The notes: generated by a model from the letters alone, not told the origin. Positions 34,394 through 48,400 are shown, numbered from the stretch's first letter. The stretch: DNA of 64,000 bases from Microthyrium microscopicum (GCA_010405405.1 MU004237.1:2119345-2183344); one strand, 5' to 3'. A program made the numbers and translations.

Positions 34394-36131
34394 CTATACT
34401 TTTCTCCATTTGATGAGTCGTTTGACAAATGGTGATACCTGCACAGTATCGTCTCCCCTCCCGTCCAGGTCTTCTTGCACTGGATTGATTTGCGTGGGAT
34501 TCAAGTGATCGCTCGCGGCAAGGCGCTCCAGCTGGCCAACTTTCCAGGCCTTCAATATCCAGAGACAGCATGCAGCGGCAATATACATCACTCCAGCAAA
34601 TCTAGAGCGGTTAGAGCAATTGACAGAATAAAGAGTTGGAAAGTACACATACAGTTGGGCTCCAAGATAACTTCCATTGTTGAATTTGACGATTTCAAGA
34701 CCAATCGGTTCCGAGACTGAGGACTATTAGCAATGTGGTCTTCATACTCAAAATTAAAGACCTACAGAGCATTGGGAGTGTTATGAAGAGCCAGGTAATC
34801 GACAACGCCGAGTTCAGATCTTTCAGTCCAACCACTTCAGCTGTGACAGGGGCGACTGTAGCCTTTGCCAGGTTAGCATAAGCTCTCCAAAGTATCGATT
34901 TCCGAAACTCACCCAATATGTTCCAGCAACTGTGCCTCCAACTAAGGCATAGAAGATGAGAACCTATCCATGTTGTCAGTAACAGTTCATCCGTAAGCTT
35001 ATGAGACTCACTCCGTAGCTTTTAGCATTGATCCAAACCACCAGGACCAGAAATCCGCAGAAAAAGGTTGTTGTTCCGGCCATGTTGATTCTTCCTATAT
35101 AATCACTGAAATAGCCAATTGGTGGTCTCCCCAGTCCTTGTCCGAGATTCAGAATGGCTCCTACTACTGACGCTTGTTTCGGCGTCAAGCCGATGGTAGA
35201 AGCATAATTGGCAATCGAAAATAACAACACCACATAGCCCAGCATGCTGAAGAAACCAAACCCCAAGAGAATCCAAAACTCCCATTTGCGGAAGAGCTTG
35301 ACATCGAATGCCAGATTCTTTGCTCCCACCTGTTGATTTCGGTCTCGCAGCAACAAGGCGCAGATGGTATTCACCACGAAAGAAAGAATTCCAAGAACTC
35401 GAAATGTCCAGGCAAGTCCTAGATGCTGAATCATTGCATTGGTGGCGAGCGAGTAAGTCAATCCACCAAATCCGGATCCAGAAGCTGATATGCCGTTGGC
35501 TAGACTGCGACGGGTACTGAACCATTGGGGAATTATGCCTACGCTACCAACGAATAGGAAGCCCATACCGAATCCGAAGCAGATTCCTTGACTAAGAACG
35601 AGTTGCCATATCTGTGTGGCAAAGGAAGCGCCGATAAAACTGATCGTCTGGAAGAAGACGCCAATTAACAGACAGGTGCGAGTTCCGTATTTTCGGATTA
35701 CAGTGGTAATGATGGGCGATATCAATACTGCCATGGACATGCTTAGACCGCCAATGAAGGCATATGATAGACGGGATGCTGAAGGGAAGACTGAGTTGGA
35801 GAGATAGTAGTTGAGAAAAACGCCATAGGACTGCAGTGAATTAGAGTTGAACGTAGTTAGAAAAATGTGCGGTACTTACGCTGTTCATGCCCCATGTATG
35901 AGCGTTGATTGTGAAGCATGTTGCGACACATACCCATCCATAACCACCATTCGGCTGAACGTCAACGTCTCCATTGCTCTTTTGCTGGTTCAGTTCCTTG
36001 ATCTCTTCATGTCTATTTGATCCATCGTTGTCTTCGCTTGCAGAACGAGTTGTTGAAGAACGATTGCCTCCCAATTCTTTTTCTAATTCTTTTGGCGTTA
36101 TCGGCTTGGAAAGTGGTGACTCTGACGACAT
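34394..36131 (-). CDS. MFS transporter, monocarboxylate porter (MCH-like) family, multi-exon
   Basis: QPNGGYGWVCV..INAHTWG; QWFSTRRSLANGISASGSGFGG; GRPPIGYFSDYIGRIN; many TM helices; GT-AG introns. Confidence 0.9.
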
Positions 36132-36870
36132 TGATATGTGGAGTTGATCCGCTGTTTGCGACCTCTAGAAACTCTTGTTTTGGACTTGAACAATCAAACT
36201 ATTCGATTTCTAAAACCACTCCAAACATAAAAATTATTAGACAACTCTTCGGCACCCGTCTTTGAAAATCACAGAGACTGAAAAACAACATGCAGGGCGC
36301 GAGGTTGGCATTAGTACAGTGAACTAATTCAACGCCAACTCCACAATTGGTCGGCAGTACTCATCATTTTCAGATGCAATCGTTAGAACGCCACAGGAGC
36401 AAACGGCCAACTCTATTCCCGGCATCGTTCACACGGAAATATCTCGGTGCGGAAGCTAATTCCGGGGTTCGCAGCAAGAAATACGTACAGAATTGGAGGG
36501 GTAGAACGAAGAGAAATTGCAGGTTGCAATGCAGATCCTGTATGGGAAAGTAATTGCGAGCATTGGTGATCATATGAAAACACCATTTTGATATAAGGCT
36601 GAAAATCTGCTTCATTATTCTCTAAATGTCCAATCAGAAGAACAGAACGTTTCTTTTGTGCTTTGGTACACCATAATGGCTTCCACTGCATGGTGGTACC
36701 AGATCTTCAAAACAACAAATCCATCAGGGTGGTCCTTTTGTTGGTATGCGATCGAAATTTAGGTAGTGTAGCTTATCCCATCGTTCATGTTCATAATCCC
36801 AAGTAGCAACATTGAAAGGAGCATTTTCCATAACAGCTTGTATAGCCTGATATCCTCGTGTCGGCGATAG

Positions 36871-37716
36871 TTAGTGATTATTTTCTTTCAGTTTGCCACA
36901 GCGAAACAACCATACATCAAATCGCTCAGTGGCCTGGGTGACGTCTCGTAATGGTCTGAGCCAGGTAGCCATCGCTTCTTGCTTGGCCGGGTGGTTCACC
37001 CAATTATCCCAGTTTGTGGTTAGCGACAAAAGCATAACACGTAGGCCCTGGAGTCGTTGTAGTTGTTTGCAGAACTTATTCCACGAAGTGATATCGAACG
37101 GTGGCTCAAGGTTGAGGAGAGCTGTAGGTACATTTCGAGCATACCGGATGTAGTAATGGGTAAGGATAGAACATTTCCAGGAAACGTGAAGGGAGTGGAG
37201 ATTGACAAGAGAGGTTTTGTGGAGAGGTTTAGTAAAAAGCGGAAGAGTTTGAATATGCTGGAGCAAGAATGTGTTCTCCTTGTATATCGTGGTGATGGCT
37301 TCATCATAACTACAGCTGATTAGATGTATGCCTGAATAAAATTTGGGTTTCACATACGCTCGACGACAGCTCAAAATGAATCCTAAAGGGGAGCGGGTGT
37401 TTGAAGGTTTGTGAGCGGCTGGAAGACCACTGCCAGGGTAGAGAAGTTCTTGCTTGTCCCATATACATCGACACTCATCATATGGGCACTCAATCCCTTG
37501 GTGCTTGTCATCTACGAGTCGGAGAATGTGTATACGTTTGCCAGAGAACGCATACTCGTAGATGCGTGCCCGAATCTCTGTAGGAAGAGAGAAGATCAGG
37601 GAATCAAGTTGACTATATTGAGTCCAGTCTGTATTTGATTCATAATGAACTAAAGAACGGTGAGCGTCTTCCGTTACAAAGGTGATTACATTAGAAAGTT
37701 TGAAGCATCCATCAGT
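36871..37716 (-). CDS. F-box-like (DUF7730-type) protein; 5' end unresolved, possible pseudogene
   Basis: The open frame upstream of the listed ORF reads QLDSLIFSLPTEIRARIYEYAFSGKRIHI..LGFILSCRRA[intron GTATGT..TAG]YDEAITTIYKENTF. No in-frame ATG was found before an upstream TAG. Confidence 0.55.
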   Translation of the reverse strand, partial: TDGCFKLSNVITFVTEDAHRSLVHYESNTDWTQYSQLDSLIFSLPTEIRARIYEYAFSGKRIHILRLVDDKHQGIECPYDECRCIWDKQELLYPGSGLPAAHKPSNTRSPLGFILSCRRAYVKPKFYSGIHLISCSYDEAITTIYKENTFLLQHIQTLPLFTKPLHKTSLVNLHSLHVSWKCSILTHYYIRYARNVPTALLNLEPPFDITSWNKFCKQLQRLQGLRVMLLSLTTNWDNWVNHPAKQEAMATWLRPLRDVTQATERFDVWLFRCGKLKENNH

Positions 37717-38401
37717 CTATGTTCTGTATATTCTGGGCACACGAATGGACTTGATATCTTGACTTACACCAACTGTCCGAGCTACCGCGTATCTTCCTAG
37801 GGAAGGCACGGAAAATCTTGGAGATGGGTTCCATTTTCGTGAGTTGATGGATCAAAGTAGTTATTTCCAGTAGAATTTAAGCCCTTTCGTCTAACCATGA
37901 CAGTGAGTGCATATAAATTTTGAAGTATGAGTCAAACATCAAGAAGACTGGTGATCTTGCGGGGGGTGGCTTGGAGCCTCATAATCTTTGGTATCCCGAT
38001 TTGGCGAAGCGGTGTGTATTTACTGGATCAAAAGGTCAAGTTAACAATCCGAAAAATGATCCATTCATGAACTACACGCACTGAAGCCATATTCTGGATT
38101 TCGATTTCTTTGGCAATCGAATTGATGTTGGTTCCGGTGAGCATAGCCTTCGTAAAAGAAAACAATGCATCAATGCCTGGTATATCGAAAATCTCATGAG
38201 AGCTTGGCATTCTACCACGCATTTTGACATAGGATATCCAGTTCTAGAGGACATTTTCCGCTTCTTAAGAGTTATCATTGTCCTGTAGATACAACAACAG
38301 CAGACCTCTATCCTACCTGAACAATGCTATGGCAAATAAAAGTCATTGACATAGCTGTTAGCTACCTCTATGGGCACTTCAACGAGACAAAAGTTCGAAA
38401 C

Positions 38402-39207
38402 TCAATCTTCATCTTCTTCATCATCAGAGTCGTAAGCCACAAGGCCTATCGCAGGAGCTCGTGATGCAGGCGCGACTTTGCCTGTTTTTGGCTTTGCAGC
38501 TGCCTCTGCCTTGGTAGTATTGGGGAAGACTGTTGGCTTCTTTGGAATTGCTTCTGTTTTCAACTCCTTGCTGTTCTTTGCAGGTGTTGCTGATGGAGCA
38601 CCGGAGGATGAGGTTTTGCGAAGCTTCAGTCCTTTGAACCCATCCTTCTCATTCTTCTTCCGCTTGCGACTTGCAACAGCCCAGTCTGGATTTTCAACTA
38701 CTGCCGCAGCAGGTGTATCCTCGATCTTTGTACTGCGTTCGGCGTCCTCCTGCAACTTGCGAAACGATGCGAGTTGTTCCGTGGTTTCCTTCTTGACAGC
38801 CTCTTCTTTGACACGCTCGGCTTGCAAAACCGAGTCTAGGAAATCAATCTCATCATCATCTAGCGATCGGAACTGGTTTTTGAGTTTGTTGGCCTAGGAA
38901 GACGTGAATATGATTCGCAGTCGAAAAGGAGGATTGCTATGTACCTCTTCAAAGGCTTCTTGTTTCGCGGCTTCAATGACAACCTAACATGTTAGCGCGA
39001 CCAATGGATACGACATTGCAGTCGTGACTGAGGGTAGCCACCTTTATTCGCTTCTAGCACTTCAAACAGGCTTTTACCGCCGTTCTGTGCCTCGAGTGCG
39101 GCTTTGCGCTTTCGCTGCTCTTCGAGCTCTTGCTCAGCGCGCAGCCATTCAGCGTCGCGTTCAGTGGGCTTGTCAAGCGAACCACCTGTTACGAATCCCG
39201 AGGACAT
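38402..39207 (-). CDS. FAM192A/NIP30 (PSME3IP1-like) nuclear protein, multi-exon
   Basis: MSSGFVTGG..EWLRAEQELE..GGKSLFEVLEANK..KQEAFEE..KLKNQFRSLDDDEIDFLDSV; C-terminal GLVAYDSDDEE. Confidence 0.85.
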
Positions 39208-39595
39208 GATTGTACTTTCAGACTACATTCAATAAAGGGAACGGCGTAACAAGTATCGCGGACGAGCATAATTTATGGGACGAGAAGATGGAATTGAGGG
39301 AGACAGCTTAAGAAATGCTAGGTAGAGCATTATTGAGCTAACCTGTTCTGGCCTAGGCGTGGATATGCCACGAGCGCTATCAACTTCAATGTTAACTTCA
39401 ACCTCTCATCAGCTCTTCATCTGTTCAATTCTTGTGTTGTCGTACTTGAGAAGAGTCATCTGGCAGATATGCCAGCCCTTGACTAGCAGATCATGCCCTT
39501 CGTCACTTCAACTTGCTGCATTTCGCACTCAGCAAGGAAGCGACCCATGGATATGCCTGGAAAGAATACACGCGATTGCGGCCTCGCTCGCTTTC

Positions 39596-41314
39596 TTACG
39601 GGATATATCTAAAGTCAGGGTGCCTGTAACCCAACTTCCTCTTTTCAGCATCGGACAAACCCACCAACCTGCCATCACGCCTTCCAGCAGCTCGCTGTTT
39701 GTTCTCCCACTGACAATATAACACGCATGAGCCCGCCAATGCAATAACAGCAATCTGGAACCCCAAATTGATCGCATGTCCCTTCTTGTAACCTGGTTTA
39801 TCCTTTTCCATGTATGTCCACCTACACCAGATTAGCAACCAGACCACAGAATAGATAGGGAAAGAACGTACGTAGATATAACAGCACCAACTGTGCCCAC
39901 TGACATGATATATGCGCTCGCCACGGCTCTGCTGCCTGCACTTCCGGCATCTAGAACACGGTCAGCGTTCTCGTAATGATACTTAGGATTGTGAGTGTTT
40001 CATGACTTACTGTTAATGCCCCAACTGAGAAAACCTGGACCGTTGGGAAAGCCGCCCATGGCAATGATGAAGATGGCGGCGTATTTGGTTTTTGGGTTAT
40101 TCGTAGACATGATGACTGCATAGCCAATGGCAGCGATAGCAGCGAATATCACGAGGAATATACCGCGCTGTCTTGTGCGGTCGCTGAGGAAGGCGACGAA
40201 GATTGCGAGGCAACAGGCGAGGAAGTAGGGAGGAACGGAATGGAGTTGAGCGGAGATTGGAGTGTAGCCCATTTGATTTAAAATCGTTGGCTAAAAATAG
40301 TGTTAGTGTAAGGGGACTGTATCGAGAGGCTTGGTTTGGAGTCTTACCATGAAGAGAGATAAAGATTGCACCGCGACGTTAGCACATAAAAAGCCAAATG
40401 CACAGAACTGGATGTTGATGTTGAAGATGGCGGCTTTGATGTCCGCCTTGGTGACTTTGTGGCTGTCATCCTGGGCCTATTAGCACTGTCCAATATAGTG
40501 TCTGAGGTCCAACTTACAGCGTCGTTTTCTTTGGCCAAACGAGTAATGGCAATCATTCGCTCCCTGTCGGTGAAGAATTTACATGACTCCACACTCTTTG
40601 GCAGCATAAGAGGCACCATCAGCCCAATGAAGATTGTGAAGAGTCCTTCAAAGAAGAAGATGTTTCTCCACATGTACAACTTGGATCCAGGGACGCCCCA
40701 ACTATGGATCTTGGTTAATCCTGTAGCCAACAGTCCACCAAATGCACCAGCCATGCTTGCACTAGATGCGAAAATGCCCACGCGCAGCAGGAGCTCTTCT
40801 CGTCGATAGAAGCAGCTTAGATAGAAAGAAGTCCCAGGAAACATGCCGCCCTCGGTAATACCCAGAAGGATACGCACAACAACCAGCTGCGTAAAGGTCT
40901 TGACAAACGCTGTGCCTACACATACACCACCAAAGGCTACTGTAAGCACTGGCAGCCAGATGTTTGCTCCTAATCGCTTCAGAGCCATATTGCTTGGAAT
41001 CTCGACTAGAATGTATACGATGTAGAAAACCGTGAGTGCGTAGTTGTAGTTGAGACCGGAGAGATCCAGATCTTTGCTCATTCCTTGGATCTTTGCATTT
41101 CCAATGTTCGTTCGGTCAATCTATACCTGTTAGCACCGGCAATTAATGAAGAATACAGAAAGCATACAAAGCAAAGCAGATACATCAACGTCAACGGCGG
41201 CACTAAATGCCAGTCCAGTTTGCGCCGCACAGCGCGTTCCTCCGCTTCAGACCATGAGACTTCCGACAAATTATCATGCAACTCGACCTCGAGATCGCCT
41301 TTAAAGTCCTTCAT
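39596..41314 (-). CDS. MFS transporter, anion:cation symporter (allantoate/nicotinate permease-like) family, multi-exon
   Basis: ERAVRRKLDWHLVP..DRTNIGNA; EIPSNMALKR; YLSCFYRREELLLR; WRNIFFFEG; LGYRHPDFRY terminus. Confidence 0.9.
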
Positions 41315-42180
41315 TGTGCCGTTATCTGTCGCGGCCGTTATGTTGCACCAAAATGTGGGGGGTGGTTGATCTGGGCGAAGGAGTTGCCAGACATCGTGAT
41401 TTCTATATGTGGTGCCAGCTGACAAGTCCCGTACAATATACCGGGGTGATCAGCGGGTGTTCCCATTCGTAATAGGAAAATTGGTGTTCCAGGCGCAAAG
41501 GGTTTAATATATTTCTTGGAGCTTGGCCATATAGGGGTCAAGTGGTATTCGGATGTGGTCCGCAAAATTCGGTTTTGCATCAGATTTGATTGGGCTTGGT
41601 CTCTATCTAACCAGATTCTGATCTCACTAGCACTTTGATTCCCCGGGAGATGTACTGTTTTCTTCAAGTGTACGTCAGACTGATGGTGGTACGGTAATGG
41701 TCCCTGGTTCCTGGCTTGTGGTGTTGAGGTGTTGAGGTAGGGCATGTGAAGCGAAGTTGCCGACTTTATGAAGCGACACAGGAGAGAATAAGCTTAATAC
41801 ATCTATGTTATGATTGCTTGTAAATACTATCAACCGTTTTTAGTTTCCACGTGTTGGTAAAGTGCTGACAATGGAACATACCGGCTCTATAAAAAAGATT
41901 CCAACATAAGAAGTGCAGGCGAAATCTTTCACCTCAGGTTCGGAAATCACATAGTCATAGCTCTTGTTCCCTCCGGTTCTTGAGATTATGCGTAATGATT
42001 AGACCGAAGTATGACAGTTTCATTCATCGCTCGTGATACACTTTCGTATATTTGCAGTGAAGACCGTCCAAAATATCCAAAAAACTGTAATCGAGCGTTT
42101 ATCCCTTAAAAATCAATAATTCACAGCGCCACGCTCATGCCAGGAAAGCCAATACAAAACAAGACTTATCACATCTTCAA

Positions 42181-42657
42181 TCATCCCCAGAAACCACTCT
42201 TCTTGGCTGCGGCGCCATATCCCGACGCGCGCTGAGCCTGACGCTCCCAGCGGTGATACTCGCCAGTCCAATAGCCGGACCAGTATTGTATGTCCTCCAT
42301 CGCGCCTTCTGGTCCGCGCGTATACATCCACATGGCGGCCAAGGCGAGTGAGCCGAAGAAGGCAATGCGCACGGCGAGGAAGACCCAGAACATCACAGCG
42401 CGGTAGAGCATGCCGAGAAGCTTGAGCGAGAGGAATAGGATTATAAGGAGCATGGCGATAGAGCCCAGAGAAGGGGAGGTGGATGAGACGCGTTGAACGA
42501 GATTGGTGATCATGGCGTTGGCGGAGGTTAGAGCGGAGTGAACAGAAGACATGTGGGAGAAGGCGGATTGGACGTCGCGAAGGCGGAAGTCTGTTGCAAT
42601 ATTGTTAGATGAGCAAGTGAGCACTGATTAGGAACGCTGACCTTCTAGAATGTCCAT
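42181..42657 (-). CDS. APQ12: Nuclear pore biogenesis membrane protein, Apq12-like (intron 42591-42641)
   Basis: PSLGSIAMLLIILFLSLKLLGMLYRAVMFWVFLAVRIAFF two-TM pattern followed by RGPEG..YWTGEY. Short first exon MDILE. Confidence 0.7.
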
Positions 42658-42994
42658 GGTTGTGGTGGTTGAGATCTTGAGGATTGTATGGAGTGGAAGT
42701 TGTGGAGCTTGGAAAGCTGGGAGAATGGATGCTCAAGGGTTTTAAACAGCAGGAATCAGGCTCAGAGGAGCCCAGAGGCAGCGACACACTACAAATAAGA
42801 TGAACAGAGTGTAAGAGGTGGGAGCTGAAGTATGTCTAACGTGTTGAGAGGAGATGTTTTGGTCTTGGTCTGGTTGGTGTTTGTCGATGGACCAGGACAT
42901 CTACGGAAGCGCATTGCGGCCTACCCGGCAACATCATCAAATCCGAAAATACAATATCGAATATGCACATTTTGAGCACTTCAGAGCCTTCTTA

Positions 42995-43431
42995 TATCAC
43001 ACCTAAGCGTTTTTAAAGGTTTCTGAATTGGCTATATTACAGGGCAAAGTAAGGGCTTTCATCAGAATATTCAAAATCTAATTTTTATATTATTGTTATC
43101 TCTTAGTTTAGCAGTAATATCGCTAAGTTAGTAAAGATGTTGCTAAAATAAGAAGACGGTAGCTAAATAGTAGAGGTGTAGCTAGCTTAGCGAGGCAAGC
43201 CACTAGCCTAGTAGGATTACCACTAAATTAGTAGGAAGAATATTCTCCCCTTAACTTCTAAAATATGCCTTTACCGAAAAGTGATTTCTATCCCATAGCT
43301 ACAATATAGTTAACATTATTAACCAAAAGTGCTTCAAAATTATTTTCAAAGAAGCCAAAAGAAAGCCAAGACTTTAGGCTTTACAACAATGTATTAAAAA
43401 TAATTAAAATGTACGTCTTAGGGGTGTAACG
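42995..43431. mobile_element. RIP-eroded short element (solo LTR or MITE-like remnant)
   Basis: ~437-bp AT/TpA-rich block bounded by imperfect inverted ends TATCACACCTAAGCGT.. and ..ACGTCTTAGGGGTGTAACG. No clear target-site duplication. Confidence 0.6.
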
Positions 43432-43793
43432 ATGTTGTTCGTATAGCCCCATTATGTGCTGGTTTTTGGTTTTCGGTTTTCCTCGATGTTGCCGGGTAGG
43501 CCGCAATGCGCTTCCGTAGACATCCCCGCAAATCTGTCTCCAGCCGATTCTCTCCACCGCTATCTCACCTTCATCATCATTTCATCTCAAAGATCAGTTC
43601 GTTGTTGGATTTGTTTCATGCTGTTGGGAACAAAGCCTTTTATTGACTACATTTATTCTACAAATCATACTGCGTCCCAGAAAGCTTGCTTTACGCAGTG
43701 ACAACCTCAGTATCACCAGTTTTGGGGGTTCCAGGGCTGCAACCATGAGCATCACAGCTGTCACTTGGCCTCCATTATACTTGCAATAATCAT

Positions 43794-44968
43794 TCAGAAT
43801 GCCTATCAGATTATTGTTAGCCTTGCTCAAGAACGCACTATCCTCAAGCCAACTCACCCTGAAGTAAGGATTGCAGACAGCCTTGACCTTTGCCCAAGCA
43901 TCATCCAATGCCTTCAGGATATCATCAGGCAGAGGGCCCTTCTCAAAGTTCGTCAAGTTCTCCTCCAGCTGCTTTGTGCTGCTCGCTCCAATGATGACGG
44001 CATCTTCATACTTCGCGTTGAGCTTGGAATGATGCATCATCCATCGCAGAGCCACTTCAGCTTCAGTGAGACCATCATGCTTCTTGATCGCGTCCCGGAT
44101 GATATCGAGCCCATCAAAGTACTCGTCCTTCCAGTATCGTCCACGATAGTTTTGCCCTTGATTCCGCTTGGGATCGAAACGACTTCCTGCCTCAACTTCC
44201 GTTGTATCGCGGTGATATCGGTCTGTCAAGAATCCTCCTGCCACTGGGTTGAAAGCGTAGAATGCGATTCCGTAGTGTCGAAGACATGGGAACAGTTCAA
44301 GCTCTGCCGCTCGTTGGATCCTATACACCGTTAGTAGTTGACACAGGTCCCAGGCAGCGCAACTTACGCATTGTACACTCCCTGGTAAGCAGTCGGCTTG
44401 ATCCATCCATTCTTGTCCGCAATCTCACACATCTGCGCAACCTCCCATGCAGCATAGTTACTAATGCCAAATCTCCTGAACTTGCCTTCCTTGTGCAAGT
44501 TGTTGATCTCACGCAGCGTAGTTTCATATGGCGTCGAGCGATCCGGCGCATGCAAATACCACATGTCCACCTTGTCTGTCTTGAGCGCCTCCAGACTCAT
44601 CTTCAGGCCTTGCCTCAGATGCTCTGGGCTATGAGTAGTCTGCACGCCTTCGCCCAGACCAATATTGGCGCGTGGAGACAGCTTAGTCTCCATAACGATG
44701 CCGCGGTCTTGCCATTTGAGTTCGCCTAGGTACTCCTCTGAGCTACCACCGCCGTAGACACGGGCAGTGTCGAGCTCTGTGTGTCCATATTTGCGAAATA
44801 CATCGAGGATTGCTCCAGCATCGTCTAGAGAGTGGACTCGTGCCTGTTCCGCGCCTTCAAAGGGTCAGTAGAGCTCGTCAATGGGTACAGGTTTGATGTA
44901 CCTTCCTTGCCCAACGTCATGGCACCAAACACAATCTTCACCGCAGTTTTGGGCGCTTGTCCAGCCAT
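43794..44968 (-). CDS. Aldo-keto reductase, aflatoxin B1 aldehyde reductase (AKR7) type, multi-exon
   Basis: KIVFGAMTLG; ELDTARVYGGG; DMWYLHAPDRSTP; FGISNYAAWEVA; PTAYQGVYNA; VIIGASSTKQLEENL. Confidence 0.92.
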
Positions 44969-45495
44969 GATGATTCAATGGTACAATTCAAAGGTTTGTT
45001 TGATAAATGTGAAGTATCTTCACGTCAATTCCTCACGACAATCACGCGTCACCCTACTACTTATATACCCCACAGTGAAGGCGGGGCTTGTACATCGTTT
45101 CATATCCGCAATCGGGTATAAAACGGCGCAACTAAAAGCTCTGTATTGACCAGTTGGTAAGCGAGGCTTCCATTCCCAACGGAGTTAAAGATATGTGCAA
45201 AGCCGTTTCAACGACGATCTTTAATTGACAGACCGGCGTTCTCATATAACCGGTATCGCAACGCGCGGAGTTGGACTATTTTTGGGGATAACAGGGATAG
45301 CTTCAGTTCCAAGACCAGGCACATGGAAACAACGGCACGATTGTTTAGAGGTTCGCGGCCCGCAAGCAGGGTGGGGCAAGGAGTGGGCATATTGATATGA
45401 CGCCTGGCCTAATATATATTTTGTCCATTGCTGGTTTGCTAGGGATAATGCTACGTCAATCGCTATCATCATGCAAGCCAATGGCTTGTGGAATC

Positions 45496-48400
45496 TCATA
45501 GCCCATCTAAACCCATTTCCCTGCCCAGTGTGTCCATCCATCTGACCAGTTCGCTCTTAACCTCCGCTGGCCCAGATCGCACGCCCGCCGCTTTGACGAC
45601 CAGCGGAAATAGTCTGACCAAATGTGATCCACTGCCAGCCACAGGACTTGTACCCACCGGCGGTATTGCTGCCTCCTCACATTTGAGTTTGCCCAACTCG
45701 CGCAACATCGTCACTAGTTCGCGCTGCAGAGACGCAGACATTGGCAATTGGCCGCGTAGAGGCTGGTCCGCGATGTATGCACGCAGCGGCAGCGCGGCGC
45801 GAAGAATGGCGTAGGGCGCTGCTGCTTTGGCGAGCTTGACCTGCGAAGTTGGTGAGTCCTGTGCGGCGAGCAGACTGATCAGGGTGTGGAAGCAAAAATA
45901 TGCCATGGCCTGGCGCGGACACGGAGGTGCGTCAAAGGTGCGGCCGTAGCGTATCGTGTAGAGATCTTTCAGGGGCTCGGAGCTTAAGTCTGGAAGGTCG
46001 TAGGGGTCGCTGTCGTGGATGAGTGAGGCGGTAAAGAGGGAGCGTGTGTATGTGCGACGAAGGGTATCATGCAAGACAGGAGAGTTTATGGCGGGTGTGA
46101 TAAGGGCGGTTATCTTGCGTAAGGATGTGATGTCGAATGCTTCATCGTCTGAGATCGTGGTGGAAGAGACAGTTGCAGTGTCCAGATGCTCAGCGTGGGC
46201 GATGTTGTGGGCGATATTGACGATTGGCTCCCATAATTTGCGCAGAGTTGTTGGCTCCAGTTGGTGAGCGAACATCTGGGGAAGCGCGCTATCTAGTATT
46301 GAGATGGATGCTGAAGTGGCTTTTCTCCAGAACTGGGGACTTCGACCTTGTCGCGACCAGTGATATTTTAGTGCAATAACTTTTTCCAGGTTGTGTAGGA
46401 GGAGGTACATGGTGTCAGATTTGAGTATCTCAGACCATGCAATGGGCTCTTTAAGCAGCTTTTCCAGTACAGCCATCGAAGCCTTGCTCAGAGCAATGAA
46501 CGTAATGCCAGTCTGCTTTTCTCCAGCATCGATCTCGAATGGTAATCCAATGAAGCGTGCTAAGAGTGCCACAACATCATTAGTACTGCCATTCAGATCG
46601 AGCCGAAGCATTCGAACAGCATCTATGATTTTCTTCTGTAAAGCGGTTGGAGAATCCAGGTCACTACTATACGAGGGGCTTTCAGACTCTCGAAGACAAA
46701 ACTCGAGATTCTTGACAATGTTCGTAGTGTCTTTTGAGGATATTTTGTCCCGTCGCAAGTTATATATAGTGACAAGTGAAGCTGCATATGCTTCGAATGC
46801 GGGAACGTTGGAAGCCTGTGGCAATGCGACTGGAGCCGATTTGGGAGGTACACAATTTTCCCAGATTGAAAATACTCTTGCAGTGCAGCTCTCTGGGAAG
46901 GATGAGGTTGAGGCTTTGGAAAGTATTGTTTCGAGAGTGAGAAAGATGCTTGCAGTGAGCTCATGGAGGCCATGAGAGAGGTAATCAGTGAGTGAGTCCA
47001 TGAAATGGTCCCAGATCTTGGGAAAGTCCGGAATCTCCAGTAGCTTATCGAGATAGGAAGCCATTAAGGTGCTCAAAGATTCAAGTATGACTTTAGAAGT
47101 GCTGATTTTGGCAACCAAGGCTTCGACGGTCTCTTCACTTTGATCCCAACCATCTGCTGCCTGAAAGGTGGTGTATGCTTCGACATCAATGGAGACCATG
47201 GAAAATAACACCGAGTAGAAGCAGAGTTTCCACACAGCTGGCGATAGATCGTCTCCATGGTTATCAAATATCCGAATAGTAGTGTGGACAGTGGTATTTC
47301 GAACCTCGTGACGATTGTCTCCTACGAGATCGGAAAGTTTCTTGAGCAAGTATAGCCATACTACTGCGTCCGTGGATATACCAGAGGGTGTTTCAGACAG
47401 TGCTGTAGCATTTGCAATTTTGAATGTTGGGTCTTTGGCGATCTTGTCTAAGGAATCAAGAGGAAGTTTGCCGTACAAAAAATCGGAAACATTCCAAAAG
47501 AGAGTGGTAGTCTAGATATTGTATTAGTGACAGGTTTGCAAATAGTGAAAGTTCTTACGGTCAAGGCTATATTAAGATCTTGCTCTTGAGAATTGAAATT
47601 GTAAAGAAGGTCGACCAGTGCTGCTGCATCTTTTTCCAAACTCGAAGATAAAAAGTCTGAACAGATGAGCTGCAAAGATCCAAATGCTGATCGCCCAAGG
47701 GAGACAGAAATCAGTTTTGCCCGATGTATGGATGTCTCTTCCGGTTTCGTTGAGGCAGGAAAGAAGCTGCTTTGGATAATATCGAAAACGGCACCCCATC
47801 CGTCAACCAAGCTCTCGCCTGCATGCTCCAGGAAACTTCTCAAGGCATCGAGAACAATAGTATGAGCTTCAATGGTAGTCTCATCGGAAACACTACCATC
47901 TGACTTGGCACTGTTCTGCTTGAAATGGATTGCTACTGAGCGTAAGGGTGCTAGAGCTCTCGCGTAGACTTTCGTTGCGTCTACGCCATCTTCGTTCATG
48001 GGCGTTGCAATGCTGTCAAGCGACAACTTCCTGATAAGATCGATCGCAAGCAGCCTAGCAGTAGTTGGAACACTTTGATCTGCGGCCATTACGACTAGCT
48101 CGTCGAGCAATATATTCCAACCGTTCTGAGCATCGTCGTCGCTACTGATGAATCGCTCAAGATTTAACGTTGCCAACTCTCGGAGCTTGGTCAGGGTGAA
48201 AAGAAAGTCATGATCTTGTACGCCGGTCTTGACTGATAATCCAGAGAAACTGGCGATTCTACGCGTATGTCTTGGAGTTTCAGGTGGAGATCCTGGGTAT
48301 GCTGAAGACTGTGTAGCGGATTCTTGACGAACTAGTCCATACAGTGCTTTGAGAACAAAAACAAAAGCAGGGTTGGACAACTCGGCAGTACTTTCAAGAA

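Noticed and set aside
3993..44968. Secondary-metabolite cluster (FAD oxidase, MFS transporters, AKR)
   Set aside because: No PKS, NRPS, terpene synthase or cluster regulator is present, and the genes are scattered among housekeeping loci.
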